From assembly GCA_043228905.1 (NCBI GenBank), contig JBHGNT010000009.1, forward strand, positions 2,790,001 to 2,854,000: 64,000 nt of DNA, in the 5' to 3' direction. Source of the stretch: Azolla caroliniana. Its lineage: Eukaryota; Plantae; Polypodiophyta. The notes below the pieces were generated by a model. The model saw nothing but the letters and a program-made list of their open reading frames with translations, was not told where the DNA came from and did no database searches. The position numbers and the translations under genes are program-made. This document shows, one piece after another, positions 13,738 through 27,007 of this stretch. Position 1 is the first letter of the stretch, and every line of letters begins with the position of its first letter.

Positions 13738-15577
13738 TCAACGTTTCTAATATTTCTACTCCCATATCCACCACCACCACCATGCTTCTATTCTATACTA
13801 TCTCTTTCCATATCTTTACCGAAACCACCCCTTACTTGTCGATTATTCGTCACAACAACCTTGCAAGTGCCAATTGTATACCTTTTGTTGTTGTATGAGC
13901 CTCGAGCAAAGTGATATGAACAACTTTTTTGAGCAGAAATATTCCGGAGAACTGGTCAAACAAGGTACCATGGTTGAATTGCTAGAACTCATTTCAGTTG
14001 TACACTTGAGCATGTGTGTTTCATGAACATTAGGCTTTACATTTCTACTTGGGCAATTAGTTTGATTGATGTCTTAACATCTTCGGAGAAAAACTGTAGG
14101 GAGCACAACTTAAATTTGGATGGCTTAAAGGGATTGAGATTCCAATCCAAATTGAAGATAAAAAATGACCAAAAATGGCTAACATCTACAAATTTTCCAA
14201 TCAATTAATTAAGACATTTGACTATCAAATGGCCATCTATTGGTTGATTTGACATAGCATACATTCAATGCTTATATTAACAGCTTTTAGTCCAACAAGA
14301 CGTTATCCATCCCACAATTTAATTTAGTCCAAGTCAAATGTTTATTTCTTACTTTGACTTACTGAGTATGATTGCATATATTTGTCCCTTGTTACTCCTA
14401 GCATCTCACACAATGACTTGAACCCAGAGCTATAGTGGTCTCAGTGTTGAACTTTGATGGAAATGTGATCAGTTTAACTCAACCCATTTACTTCATCCAA
14501 TCATTTACTGAATGAACCCAACAATGATATCACATAGACAAGATTTCACAAGAATGCTATAAGAATCATGATTGCCATCATACGCTTGACACTCATTTAA
14601 CATAAAACCAGGGTGGCAAGTACTTGGACAAGATATGCCACTCATATGTATCGTTATCAAGAGAAGTTGTCATCCTCAAAAACAAATCATGTAACACTCA
14701 AATTACTGCAGCAAAATGCAACAAGGACCAATACATGAGGACACCAAAAATTACTTTCATCAGCAAAATTTAATTCAATCATAAGTACACCGAAAATGAC
14801 TTGCATCAGCAAAATATACTTCAATTACATTTTCAACCAAATGGTTTCTTCTGTTCATGTGACAAGCATGATGACACTCCTGGAATTTTGTTATGTTCCC
14901 AATCACTGTTGGCAAGCCCCAAATAAGAGGTTAAGGGTATCCATACAACAAATTTGCTTTTTTGGGTCAAGCAAAGGATCACAACACAAAGTGTAACAAT
15001 CCAGAACGCACTGAGATACACAGTATATCTATAAGCTTAGCAAGTTATAGCCAGACAAAGTTTGTAGATTGAATTACAGCTTATCTTGTATCATCTATTG
15101 GGATGCTATTCAGAAAAGAAATATGATAACTGAAAAGATTTGCAAAAAGAGACAACAAGATTTCACAAAGTGAGTTCATCGTAACTAGACTTCATTGAAT
15201 TAATCTAAGCAACCAAATCAAAATACATTTTAAAGACCACATGTAGAGCAACCCAGATCAAAGATGCAGTATTTCATTTTAACATCAAAATCGGTGTACA
15301 CGGACTGCCTTGCTCATAGCATAACTTGTACAAAAAGGGACCATCTCAATGAAGGAAAAGGCTCCAATAAGAGTCGTAACTGCTAGAAAACATCAGGGAC
15401 ATTGCACTTCGAAGAAAAGAATCAGTAAAAGGAGATGGGTCATTCGGCCGAAGATAAAAAAAGGAAAGAAGCCAAGGCTAAACCTTTCATTGCAGACAGA
15501 TTGTGACAGCCAAATATGTCTGTAAGCCAAGAAAGCATGTAAAATCATCCCCCACCCTCTCTCATGAGAAACTATAC

Positions 15578-18500
15578 TCATAACTCAGTTGAGGCAGATG
15601 GTACACCAAATATTCTTAAGTTCCTATCACCGGTTCCAACAGCCATATAATTTGCATCCGGCCCAAATCTTAAAGATGAAACTTTACCTGTAAATTGAAA
15701 TTCACAAAATGAGTGAGATCTCTTTTATAGACACAAACTTAATAAAAAATATCAATTTTACATGGAAATAAATACATTACCTGTGCCAGACAAATCAGGA
15801 AGGACCTTGATACAATTCCAGTCCTGTTTGACACTGGCAACTTGGTAGATCCTGCAATAAAAGGATATAATAAATGTACATCACCATTGTCAAGTTATGT
15901 GATTTAAAACATTCTGAATTTATAGCAAGCTGAAGAATTACCTGACTTTTACCAATGCAGAGTAGAAAACATTTAAAGAAAAACTGACCTTATGTCTGAC
16001 CCAGCTATGGCCAAATAGTTCCCACTGAAATCAAACTCCACTGTAGATGCATTTACAATATATGTCAGCCCATCCTAGTTATAAATGGAGTACATGGATA
16101 CAAACTGAAAAGGACAACATGCAGATAGAAATGTTGTCCGACTCACCAGCATTAGTTGGTGTATTAGAGTCATATGGTGAAAAGGAGCGAAAATTCTTTA
16201 GTTTCCTCAAGTCCCAAAGCTTTACGCCATCCTGGGCAGCTGTCTGAAGGAATCCAACAATACATGTAAGGTATCATTACCAACAAACCACTTGGCATGG
16301 CATGAAAACTTCAAACAATCATACAAATTGCAGCTTTTTCATGGGTACTACTGTATTAAACTTAGCTGCTAGACCTTTCCAAAGTCACATCTTTTTAGAT
16401 GGTTTTGTGAATATTATAAAGCTTTTGCAATTTGCAGAAGGAATGGAAACAAGCAACAGATCTAATACAAATGTCAAGCATCACAAATGTACTTATCATG
16501 GGAATATGTCTGCACAAATCCATCTTGGGAAGTCAATAGAACCATCCACAAGCTCCCTGTTTTATTCTAAACTTCTCGCTTCTATCTTAAACCCAACCTA
16601 CTCATCGAAATTTACAATTGCAAAATGTTTTTTTCACTTAAGAGCATACAGATAGCTACCCAGCTCCATGATTAACTAGGAAAATTCCTAAATATACCAA
16701 TGTTTTCCATCCACCACAACTCTATTTTTTGCACCCAGAAAAATAAATTAGGACACTGAAAAGAAATCAATTATTAGTTAGTATTGATCAGAAGAAGTTG
16801 TGCACCGCAAGGAAATAGCCATTTTCAGAGAACGATATATCAGTAACAGGTCCACTATGTCCTTCAAATTGTGCCACATTAGCCTGGAGCATAACAATAA
16901 AATAACATACTTTAATTCTGGATATCCTTGGAAAAGAAAGCACGTCAGATTGAATGGAAATATTCACATTGTCCAGGAAACATACCTGAGATTTCACATC
17001 CCAAATTCGAACAAGAGACTCAGCCGTTCCCATACCTAGTATAAGCCCATCAGGATGAAATGCTGCTGATGTATAGCCATCCTGCATTGTAGACTCGGTC
17101 ACCTGCACAGAAAGTTCTATTTAATTAGATTCAAGGGTCAGTTTTTATTTTTATTTTACGAAGATACCCACGGACAACCAAAGGTCCAAACTTCTATATT
17201 GGCTTATAAAAGGTATAGCACAAATGCAAGCATTAAGATGGCTGACCTGGACTAGGCATTCCCCATAAGAAAGATCATAAAAGCACCAGCTTTTGTCTGC
17301 TGATGCAGTCACAAAATAATTCTCTGTTGCATGCAATGTAACAGCACGGACCTAAAACACATAATGCATATAAATCAATGAGCTGGGAAACAGTATGAGA
17401 AAACATTAGATGAAAAAACATTCGAATTTCCTACAATCATAATGAAAGCATCAATAAACATGAAAAGAATGAAGAACATAGGACCAACCTCCCCTGTATG
17501 GTCTCGTAGTGTGTGTTTGCAGTCATATGATCCATCATCTTTTCCTTCCCATATCTTTACAGTCTGTTAAGTAGTTCCAGGTTAGCACATAGATGATCCT
17601 CAAAAATGAACGGATAACATGTGAAATTCAGCATTTCAGTCTCAACCTTGTCAGCAGAACCAGTCAAAACATATCCATGCTTTGGAACAAATTTGACACT
17701 ATTTATCTGCATACAATTCCAACATTTGTAAACTTTATAATTTGGCAATACATTCTAGCATCACAACAAGATATTGTAAAACAAACCCTTTTGCTGTGTC
17801 CAGATAGAGTTGATAATATCTCTCCAGAAATCCGATTGAAAACTACCGCATTAGAATCCATCCCACCGGTCACAATCAGATCCTGCAGCCATCAGATATG
17901 ATCAAATTAAAACATTCGTAAAACCAAACAATATAGGGAACTCTGAAGCACCCATGACTTTTTCCTTTAGTTCCTCAAATACCCCGAATTGTTTCTTTAT
18001 TTCCCCAAACTTTCATTATTTTGCCAAATGCCTATGTCGACCCAGTAACAGAGGAAACGGGGATCTAATTGCTCAAATACATGTACAATTGAGAAAAAAT
18101 GGATGAATGAACCTTATCCTTGCTCAACAGAGCTATTTGGGCAAAAAGTAAAAACATAGGGACATGTGGAGAAACACTAGAAACTAGGAAATAAAGAAAA
18201 ACTCAGGTATTTCAAAGTCTTCACAAAATACTTATATGACTGAAAAGCTGTAAACCGTTGTATGTTGCACATCCTATGACAATATACCAAAATTTCTCAA
18301 TAAGGCTGATCAAGGGTATTTGGGCAAAAAGTAAAAACATAGGTGCATGTGGAGAAACAAGGAAATAAAGAAAAACTCAGGTATTTCAAAGTCTTTCACA
18401 AATATATGGCTAGAAAGCTGTAAACCTTTGTATGTTGCACATCCACTGACAATATGCCAGGTTTGCTTGTTTTGTGGAGAGGATGGCTGGATAGTTGTGT

Positions 18501-20643
18501 ATAACTCTCCAAAGCTTCTGGAGAAGCCAAATTGGAGGAAACCTGCGTTAACATATAATACATGAAGTGGGATTATAACTATCCAGCTATGAAGAAGTAG
18601 AAACAAACAAACAAATTAAAATCTCTAAAAATACAACAATGGCTCATGAGACCTGAGAAAGGTTATAACTATTTGATGTTAACCCAATAATGTCATAGAA
18701 AACCCTTGATACAAAACCTGTCGTTTCTTTCTTTGTGCAGATAATGTTGAATTGCATTCAGTCAGATCCTTAATGACGTCAGCAGTGACTCCTTGACGAG
18801 CTCTCTTACCTGCAGGTGCTTGCTCTTCCTCTGGAGCTGCTGGAATGACAAAAGAATATTGAGATTCCTATTTGTTTAGGTCAGGGCATTCATGTGGCAA
18901 AATGATGTTTGAAAATTCCAACAACTTCAAATATAGATGGCTCAATGATAGTAAATAGAGAATATTCATGAAACAAACCTCGTTTTCCATTGCTTAATGC
19001 TGATGTTTGTGGAATAGAAGATATAGTAGGCAATTGCCGCTCTGCCTGAGCAAGTAAGATATAAGCCTCATCTCTCTCTTTCTTCAACCTTGCAATGACC
19101 CTGCAAGCAGCATCATGCTGAAAAGGAATTTTAGTATATTGTTGCTCATGCCTTGAGTGAGATGAACATGTTAATTAGAACATTGTAATTTTTGTTCTCA
19201 CCTGGTACAGAGCATGGCTGAGCTCTTGCCGAGCTGCGTGCAATTGTTGTTCTAGAGCATAATTTGACAAGACAACTGCATCCCATTCCTGCAAAGAGAT
19301 CAAAGATGTCCTGCTTATAGTTATCTACCATTGTCAGACTTACCACTTAATCACGGTTAACAAGAAATGGAATAGAGATGAGAAGTCAAAGTTGCAATTT
19401 TACTTGAAAAAGACCCATCTGGATGTTAATTTTATGCACAGAAGTCTATATAAATTTCAACTAATTATAAACAGCCAGAAACTCAGATAGGATGGCCCTC
19501 TACATGCATGAAATCTGACGGAATGGAACTAACCAAGTCAATAGCATACAAAGCCTTTGCAACTATAATTACAGCAAAGATACATTCAAAGGATTCTACG
19601 GCTGTTCAACCTTGAATTAATTTTCTGAAAAAGCCATAGAAAAATTACATTCTGAAAAGCCCAAGCTTTAAGGAACAAAATAAAAGTATTCACAATAACT
19701 TCCACCATAGGAATTTGTAGAAACTTCCAACTTACACATTAAAACATACTTGTGCAGATGTGTTTAGGGATATTTCACTAAAAGTATGAGTGCATCATAT
19801 GGATGCACTAAAGCCTCAATATTGCCATTTGTACCTTTGACTTAAATTCATGAAAGGGAATTATCGAGTAACTTACATTCTGAAAAAGGCCTAACATTCC
19901 AGGAATGCTGGCAGCTTGCAATGGCCTTGGCTTGACAGCCTAGAGAAGAAAAAACAACAAAACGTGATAGTGAATTGAAGATAGGCAATATTTCAGGAGA
20001 ATATAAACTTTCACGTATATCTATACACAAAAAAATCATACATACATACACAAAAATGCATATGTATATATGACACATATGTACCCATATACACATGCAT
20101 ACACATACACATCATGCACATAAATAGATATAAGTACAACATGATACACATATATAGATATAAATACAATATATTACGTATGTATACTAATTGAATCTGA
20201 AACTAAGCTCTTGTTTACCTTGTTAACCTTGATAGGCACAAGATCTTCCACAGAAAGGCTTTCCTTAGTGACCGGACAAGCACCATATTCCTGCACACAA
20301 AAAAAACTAACATGATGAGAAATTTTTTCACAGTAAAAAGCAGATCGAAAACACAGATATCATTTCGAAAGGGAAATGAAAAGAAAGCGTGATTTTTTCT
20401 TCTTGCCGAGATATGTTTCTCGATGAGTCTTTTCTCAAAGAGCAGACCAGAGCGGGCGCAAACGACGGGTTCTTCAGGCGTGACGCCTGATACTGGAGGG
20501 AGGGAGGGGAAGCGAAAAACCAAAACGAAAGACGCAGATGTTAGCAGGATTGAAACAGCGGGAGATGGAGAGAATAACAGCAATTGCCGCAGGAGAAGAG
20601 AAAGAAAGAAAGAAAGGTACGGCGACTTACTTGCACAGAACAT
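15578..20643 (-). CDS. PRP19: Pre-mRNA processing factor 19 (MAC3), U-box plus coiled coil plus WD40
   Basis: [41 protein letters not shown]; [47 protein letters not shown]; WD40 exons [34 protein letters not shown]; many short introns. Confidence 0.97.
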
Positions 20644-20800
20644 ATCGACACAGCTCGATCTATCCACAGAAAACTTCCTTCGTCCTCGGCACAGCTCGAT
20701 CTCTCCACAGAAAACTTCTTCTTCCTCTTCGGAGCAGGGGAGGGGGGGAGGAGGAGGAATGGAAGCGGAAAGCCCTTGCTTAACTTAAATCTCTGTAGGT

Positions 20801-20857
20801 AGTGTGTGTGGTAGTAGTGTGTGTGTATGTGTCTGTGTCTGTGTCTGTGTATGTGTA

Positions 20858-20888
<31 letters not shown>

Positions 20889-21047
20889 ATGTATGTGTAT
20901 GTGTATGTGTATGTGTATGTGTGTATGTGTGTATGTGTCTGTGTGTCTGTGTCTGTGTATGTGTATGTGTATGTGTGTATGTGTCTGTGTCTGTGTATGT
21001 GTGTGTATGTGTCTATGTATGTGTGTGTCTGTGCATGTGCATGTGCA

Positions 21048-21138
<91 letters not shown>

Positions 21139-21213
21139 GTGTACGTGTATGTGTACGTGTACGTGTACGGGTACGAGTACGAGTATGTGTGTGTCTGTGC
21201 ATGTGCATGTGCA

Positions 21214-21304
<91 letters not shown>

Positions 21305-21437
21305 GTGTACGTGTATGTGTACGTGTACGTGTACGGGTACGAGTACGAGTACGAGTACGGGTATGTGTATGTGTATGTGTATGTGTATGTGTACGGGATT
21401 GTGTATGTGTACGTGTATGTATACATGTTTTAAGTTT
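20801..21437. repeat. Compound (GTATGT/GT/GTACGT)n microsatellite upstream of PRP19
   Basis: Visible array with an internal 165-bp higher-order duplication and an exact 20-bp flanking direct repeat. Confidence 0.95.
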
Positions 21438-23279
21438 TAACTTAAATCTCTGTAGGTTGTGTGTGAACAAGTGTTCTTTCACAAACTAGTCGGGTGTTTG
21501 GTTTTTGGGTTCATATAAGGGCATCTGTGGAGTGGAGTCTTCCTACATATCATGGACCGCGAACTAGTGATGTGCAGATTCACCACACACCTTCATCTCA
21601 CCAATTGTATTTATTGTACTCTTCCCTCGCCCTTTGTTTTTTTCTGTAGCATTGTCGTTGCTTAACCATCCTCGCGTTTAGTTTTCAAGCTAAGTGTACT
21701 CATCTCTCACCCCAAATATGGGATAATGGAGTCTTTCTTTAATTTTTATCTCATATCTATTATTGGATAACCTTGCAAACTAGTTTAATTTGTCGTTTTA
21801 ATGAGCAAGGGTATGATAATTCAAAAAACAATTATCCTAGGATCTAGGACAAGCCCAGAGGGGCCTATGACACTGTGGATGAGGTGTTGATTTGGGAGTC
21901 TTCATGTGTTTGGTTCACAACAAATTGAATTGTTGTCGAGACTCTATCAATGAGGCTAATCTCTCTTCGTAGGATGCTATTCAACAACCAAGGTATAACC
22001 TAAGGCAATATTTAGTGGTATGGAACACCGATGGCATTTTATGTTTGTCTCATGTCCTTCTCTTGAGAGTAGTTGGTCTGGTTAAGCACTCTTAATCCAT
22101 ATTCTCCTTGATCTTATTCTTTTGCTCATCATTAGTTCGTGCTTTCCTAATCAAGGAGTGTTTCAAACTATGAGATGTTGCTCTTTTCAAATGGAATAGC
22201 TTTTAGGATCGTTTGAGAACTCGAGTTAACCTCTTAATCCTTCTCTCTCATTATTTATATTTCTATCATTCATAACCAAGTGTACGAATCTTAAGAACTT
22301 GAACCCTTCCTTTATGAACTTGGTAACATTGGTAAATTGTAGATGCATGGATTGGTTTATGTGTATTCTACGGTCGTTTTGCAGTGTTTGAACATGAGGA
22401 CTAAGTTGCTTAAGCAAGCTACAAGTACCTCAATTAGTAAGTATTTTGTGATAAGAGGGAAACTCGTCCGAATGATTAGCACTACAACGATCAAGGGTTG
22501 TTTGACACATGTACCTACTTTTGATATTGACTCTAGCATGGATGTTGATCCAACCCTACCTAATGATTCTAGTGTGGAGAGAGTACTTTATCAATGAAGA
22601 TTCCAAAATGCCACATTGTGCAAAGTTTCTTTGATCCACAAATTTTCAATCCCATCCATGGAAATAATGGCCTAAATGGATTGTTTTGATGTGAAAGGCC
22701 TAACTTACTTAATCAATTAAAATTAAGTATTTGTTGTATGTGGTATGAATATATGCTTGGTCATGTTAGAGGAAAATTGTGTAAGAAGACCCATTAAACC
22801 TTGGTAGTTAAATTGTTAAAATGAGTACAAATGAGTTAATATCGCTAGTAATAAAGTGCACATATGTTCAATTTGGATTTTCTCATGTTTTCATTCAGGT
22901 TTGATGAGATCTTTTACAATTTCAAGGCTTAGTTTTTTATAGTTCACATTTCAATTCATTTAAACAACTTGAGTTTGAGATTGCCAAACTGGTTTAAGCT
23001 GAATTGAACCTTTGCCAAATGTAAACGAGTCAAAATCGAAGAGGGGCCATAACGAGGGTTGAGCTAAAAAGGATCGAGTTTAGAAAGGAGAGAGAGCCAA
23101 AATACAATCAAATATAATATCTACAAGGAGCACATTTTAAGTTGTTACGCCTTTGCAACCCCTGCCCCTCTCCTTTATGAAATATATGTTCTCCCATCCA
23201 TATATGTATATTTTTTCTTCCATTGCATGTTGCTTGTTTTCCAACATGTTGCTGGAGTGGGGAGGAGGGGAGGGTTGTC

Positions 23280-23510
23280 TCCCATGATCAATCATATCCT
23301 AGTGAATGATGGCTCAAAATGTTAATATGATGCCATCACTAATCACTGTCATGAATCACTCAAAATTTGCCAGAGAACCTGCTTCTTATGGATGAAGATA
23401 GAGATTCATGATCAACCATACCCTAGTGAGTGATGACTCAAAATGTTAACATGATCCCATCACTAATCACTCAAAATTTCCATAGAACTTGCTCCTTATG
23501 GATGAAGATA
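23280..23510. repeat. About 125-bp tandem duplication 3' of the PPR gene
   Basis: catgatcaa.cata.cctagtga.tgat..ctcaaaatgttaa...cttatggatgaagatag occurs twice. Confidence 0.85.
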
Positions 23511-23639
23511 GTCAGTGAGATTCATGAATTATGATAAGTTGGAAGTCGAACAAAAGCTTTCAAAACACTCAGGAATTTAAAGATTGTTTTCGCAACTCCC
23601 AAGATATGTATGCCAAACGAGTTCTTGGTTCATTCCATA

Positions 23640-26600
23640 TCAGCCTCCACAAGCACATTTTCCTCTTTCGAAAACATGTTGTCGGTTTCGATCTCTGACC
23701 AGGATCTTTCTCTTTTCTGCTTTTGATACATACGAAATGGCAAAATGGCAATCTTGACACATGTACATGTTATCCACAACATATATAGTTTCCACTTCAT
23801 AAGTATTGATAAGAGCACAAGCAACAGCAAGCATATCACAATGTCCACATTGTTTTTGGTCATTTGAGTTTCCTTTTGGGGAGGCAAAATGTACATTTGA
23901 ATGATATCCTTTTTGGGACATCTCAAAAACAATAGATTTTACCTTTGCATGTATAGCTTTACTTTGAAAGTGATTCGTATCACCAACAGAAAATGAATGT
24001 GCATTTCCCCTGGCATCAACCCACACACAGTTTTCTTGCTTCCTCCAAGCAGCATATTTTAGCCTCATAGCTTCAATCTTATCTGCATCCTCTAGGCTGC
24101 CACAAGCTGCAAATATATTTGCCATAAGGACATAAGCTTCAGCACAACTAATATCTAGTTGTATTGCCTGATCAAAAGACAGTTTTCCAAGCTTCACATT
24201 TGCCCATCTCCTACATGCACCTAACAAAGCAAGCCAAATTGCAAGATAATCAGAAGATGGCATCACCTTAATCACAGACATCGCCTTATCAAATTGCCCC
24301 GCACATCCAAAGGCCACCACCATACATGTATGATGCTCTAAGCTAGGAGTAATTCCATAGTTTTCAGTCATTCTCCCAAAAAGCATTTCTGCCTCTTCTA
24401 ATAGCCCTGAGTGACTACATGCATTTAGAAAGCATACAAAAGTAACCTCGTTTGGAGAGAGACCCTCATTTTGCATCCGCTCAAAACAGTTGAACGCTTT
24501 ATGGCCTTGTCCGTGTTGAGCATATCCTGCTATTAGAGCATTCCAAGAAACTACATCTCGAACATGAAACTCGTCAAGCACTTGCTGTGCTTTTTCAAGA
24601 ACTCCACATTTGGCATACATATCAACCAATGCAGTGTTGAGCATAATATCCTTACCTAACAAACCCCTACTTATAATCTCTTCATGAATTTGTTCACCCT
24701 TATCTGTCGCTCCAGTACTAGCACATGCCTTCAGAACACAAATAAAGGTGACCACATCTGGGGAGAGGCCCTCACTTTGCATCCATTCAAAACAGTTAAT
24801 TGCTTCATCACATTGCCCTTGTTCAGCAAGCCCTGCAATTAGTGCATTCCATGAGATTCTATCTCTAACAGGAATCAATTCAAGCACCTCTTGAGCTTTT
24901 GCAAGTTCACCACATTTGGCATACATGTCTACCAAAGCATTGCCAAGTCCCATGTCCTTCTCAAGAAGGCCCCTATTCATAACTTCATTGTGAATCTGTT
25001 TTGCCCTCTCTATATTCCCCACGATTGCACAAGCCTTTGCGATGCAGATGAAACTGACTTCATCAGGGAAGATACCCTCACTTTGCATTCTTCTAAAATA
25101 CTTTAGTGCTTCCTGGCCTTTATTCTGTAGAACATACCCTGATATTAGAGAGTTCCAGGAAACTACACTTCGGATAGGAAGCTCCATGAGTACTTGCTCA
25201 GCTTTCATAAGTGACCCAAATTTAACATACATATCCACCAAAGCATTACCAAGTGCTAAATCTTTCTCCAACAAACCTCTCCTCCTAATATTAGCTTGAA
25301 ATTTTTGGCCTTTTTCTATAGCTCCTGTACTACCGCATGCCTTTAAGATACAAAGAAATGTGATTGCATCAGGAGACAGGCCCTCGTTTTCCATCTGTTC
25401 AAAACAGTTCAGGGCTTCATAACCTTGTCCTTGTTGGGCATAACTAGAAATAATCACATTCCAAGAGACTATGTCCCGAACATGAAGCTCCTTGAGCACT
25501 TCTAATGCTTTTGCAAGAGCTCCACATTTGGCATACATATCCACCAAAGCATTGCTAAGCACAATATCCTTCAGTATCAAGTTCATGCTCAAAATTTTGT
25601 CATGAACTTGTGTGCCCTTTTCTATATCCCTTAAGCTACCACAAGACTTCAAGATGCAAATAAAGGTGACTGCATCGGGAGAGAGACCTTCAGATTGCAA
25701 ATATTCGAAACAGTGCAATGCTTCGTAGTATTGCCCATGTTGAACATACCCTGAGATTAGTGCATTCCAAGATACTACATCTCGAACCGGAAGGCTTTCA
25801 AGGACTTCATGTGCTTTCACAAGTATCCCACATTTGGAATACATATCCACCAAAGTATTTCCAAGCACGATATCAGTCTCAAGCAAACCCCTAATCACAA
25901 TATCATCATGAACCTTTTTCCCTTTTTCTATTGATCTGGTACTTCCACATGCTTTCAATATGCAAATGAAGGTGACTTCATTTGGAGAGATGCCTTCCCT
26001 TTGCATCCTTTCAAGGCAATGCAATGCTTCATGGCATTGCCTATGTTGGGCATACCCTGCTATTAGAGCAGACCACAAGAAAACGTTTCGAACTTGTGTT
26101 CCTTCTAGAACTTCTAGTGCTTTTTCAAGGGCACCACATTTAGCATACATATCCACTAAAGCAGTGGCAAGCACAATATCCTTCTCTAAAATGCCCCGAT
26201 TTGCAACATCATCATGAATTTGTTTACCTTTCTCTATAGCCTTAGTACTAGCGCAAGCCTTCAAAATGCAAACGAAAGTGACCATATTTGGAGTAATGCC
26301 ATCATTTTGCATCCGTTCGAAACAATTCCATGCTTTATGTCCTTGCCCTTGTTGGGTATATCCAGAAATTAGTGCATTCCAAGAAACCACGTCTCGAAAA
26401 GGAATCTCCTCGAGCACTTGTTGTGCTTTTGACATAACCCCACACTTTGCATACAAACTTATCAAAGTGGTAGCCAAATACGGGTTTTTTTCAAGTAATC
26501 CTTTTCTTCGAATTTCATTGTGCAGAGTAGAACCTGCTCGAAGATCTTTCTTCTTCGCTGATGCCTTGAGCAAGCCCAAAAGAGCAATATCCTCCTTATT

Positions 26601-26657
26601 GAGTTCATTGTTGATGATGGACCTTCTTGGTGTTTGCAATGAGGATATAATTACCAT
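23640..26657 (-). CDS. PLS-class pentatricopeptide repeat protein with E/E+ and a degenerate DYW-type domain (organellar RNA-editing factor family)
   Basis: Intronless 1005-aa ORF with about 7 P-L-S triplets (ALVDMYAKCG/VVSWNALI/PDxVTFICILKAC), an E domain (WLALLGAC..AYVLMANIFAA) and C-terminal HCD..CQDCH..VRD..HVFERGKCAC. Confidence 0.95.
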   Translation of the reverse strand: MVIISSLQTPRRSIINNELNKEDIALLGLLKASAKKKDLRAGSTLHNEIRRKGLLEKNPYLATTLISLYAKCGVMSKAQQVLEEIPFRDVVSWNALISGYTQQGQGHKAWNCFERMQNDGITPNMVTFVCILKACASTKAIEKGKQIHDDVANRGILEKDIVLATALVDMYAKCGALEKALEVLEGTQVRNVFLWSALIAGYAQHRQCHEALHCLERMQREGISPNEVTFICILKACGSTRSIEKGKKVHDDIVIRGLLETDIVLGNTLVDMYSKCGILVKAHEVLESLPVRDVVSWNALISGYVQHGQYYEALHCFEYLQSEGLSPDAVTFICILKSCGSLRDIEKGTQVHDKILSMNLILKDIVLSNALVDMYAKCGALAKALEVLKELHVRDIVSWNVIISSYAQQGQGYEALNCFEQMENEGLSPDAITFLCILKACGSTGAIEKGQKFQANIRRRGLLEKDLALGNALVDMYVKFGSLMKAEQVLMELPIRSVVSWNSLISGYVLQNKGQEALKYFRRMQSEGIFPDEVSFICIAKACAIVGNIERAKQIHNEVMNRGLLEKDMGLGNALVDMYAKCGELAKAQEVLELIPVRDRISWNALIAGLAEQGQCDEAINCFEWMQSEGLSPDVVTFICVLKACASTGATDKGEQIHEEIISRGLLGKDIMLNTALVDMYAKCGVLEKAQQVLDEFHVRDVVSWNALIAGYAQHGQGHKAFNCFERMQNEGLSPNEVTFVCFLNACSHSGLLEEAEMLFGRMTENYGITPSLEHHTCMVVAFGCAGQFDKAMSVIKVMPSSDYLAIWLALLGACRRWANVKLGKLSFDQAIQLDISCAEAYVLMANIFAACGSLEDADKIEAMRLKYAAWRKQENCVWVDARGNAHSFSVGDTNHFQSKAIHAKVKSIVFEMSQKGYHSNVHFASPKGNSNDQKQCGHCDMLAVACALINTYEVETIYVVDNMYMCQDCHFAISYVSKAEKRKILVRDRNRQHVFERGKCACGG

Positions 26658-26661
26658 GTTT

Positions 26662-27007
26662 TTCGAAACAATTCAATGCTTTATGTCCTTGCCCTTGTTG
26701 GGTATATCCAGAAATTAATGCATTCCAAGATACCACATATTGAAAAGGAATCTCCTCGAGCACTTGTTGTGCTTTTGACATAACCCCACACTTTGCACAC
26801 AAACTTATCAAAGTGGTAGCCAAATACGGGTTTTTTTCAAGCAATCCTTTTCTTCGAATTTCATTGTGCAGAGTAGTACCTGCTCGAAGATCCTTCTTCT
26901 TCGCTAATGCCTTGAGAAAGCCCAAACGAGCAATATCCTCCTTATTGAGTTCATTGCTGATGATGGACCTTCTTGGTGTTTGCAATGAGGATATAATTAC
27001 CATGTTT
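26662..27007 (-). repeat. 346-bp tandem duplicate of the first part of the PPR ORF (partner copy about 26316-26661)
   Basis: ATG at 26657 vs 27003 and ttcgaaacaatt at 26316 vs 26662, offset 346. ORF 26605-27060 repeats the PPR N-terminus and then frameshifts. Confidence 0.97.

Noticed and set aside
20541-21489. Long ORFs (up to 313 aa) rich in HT/YT/CV/CM
   Set aside because: They are translations of a microsatellite with no coding complexity
21490-23090. Possible hAT remnant (LVYVYS motif near 22350)
   Set aside because: The motif is too short and no TIR or TSD could be identified
24891-26718. Plus-strand ORFs opposite the PPR gene
   Set aside because: Antisense shadows of the repetitive PPR ORF
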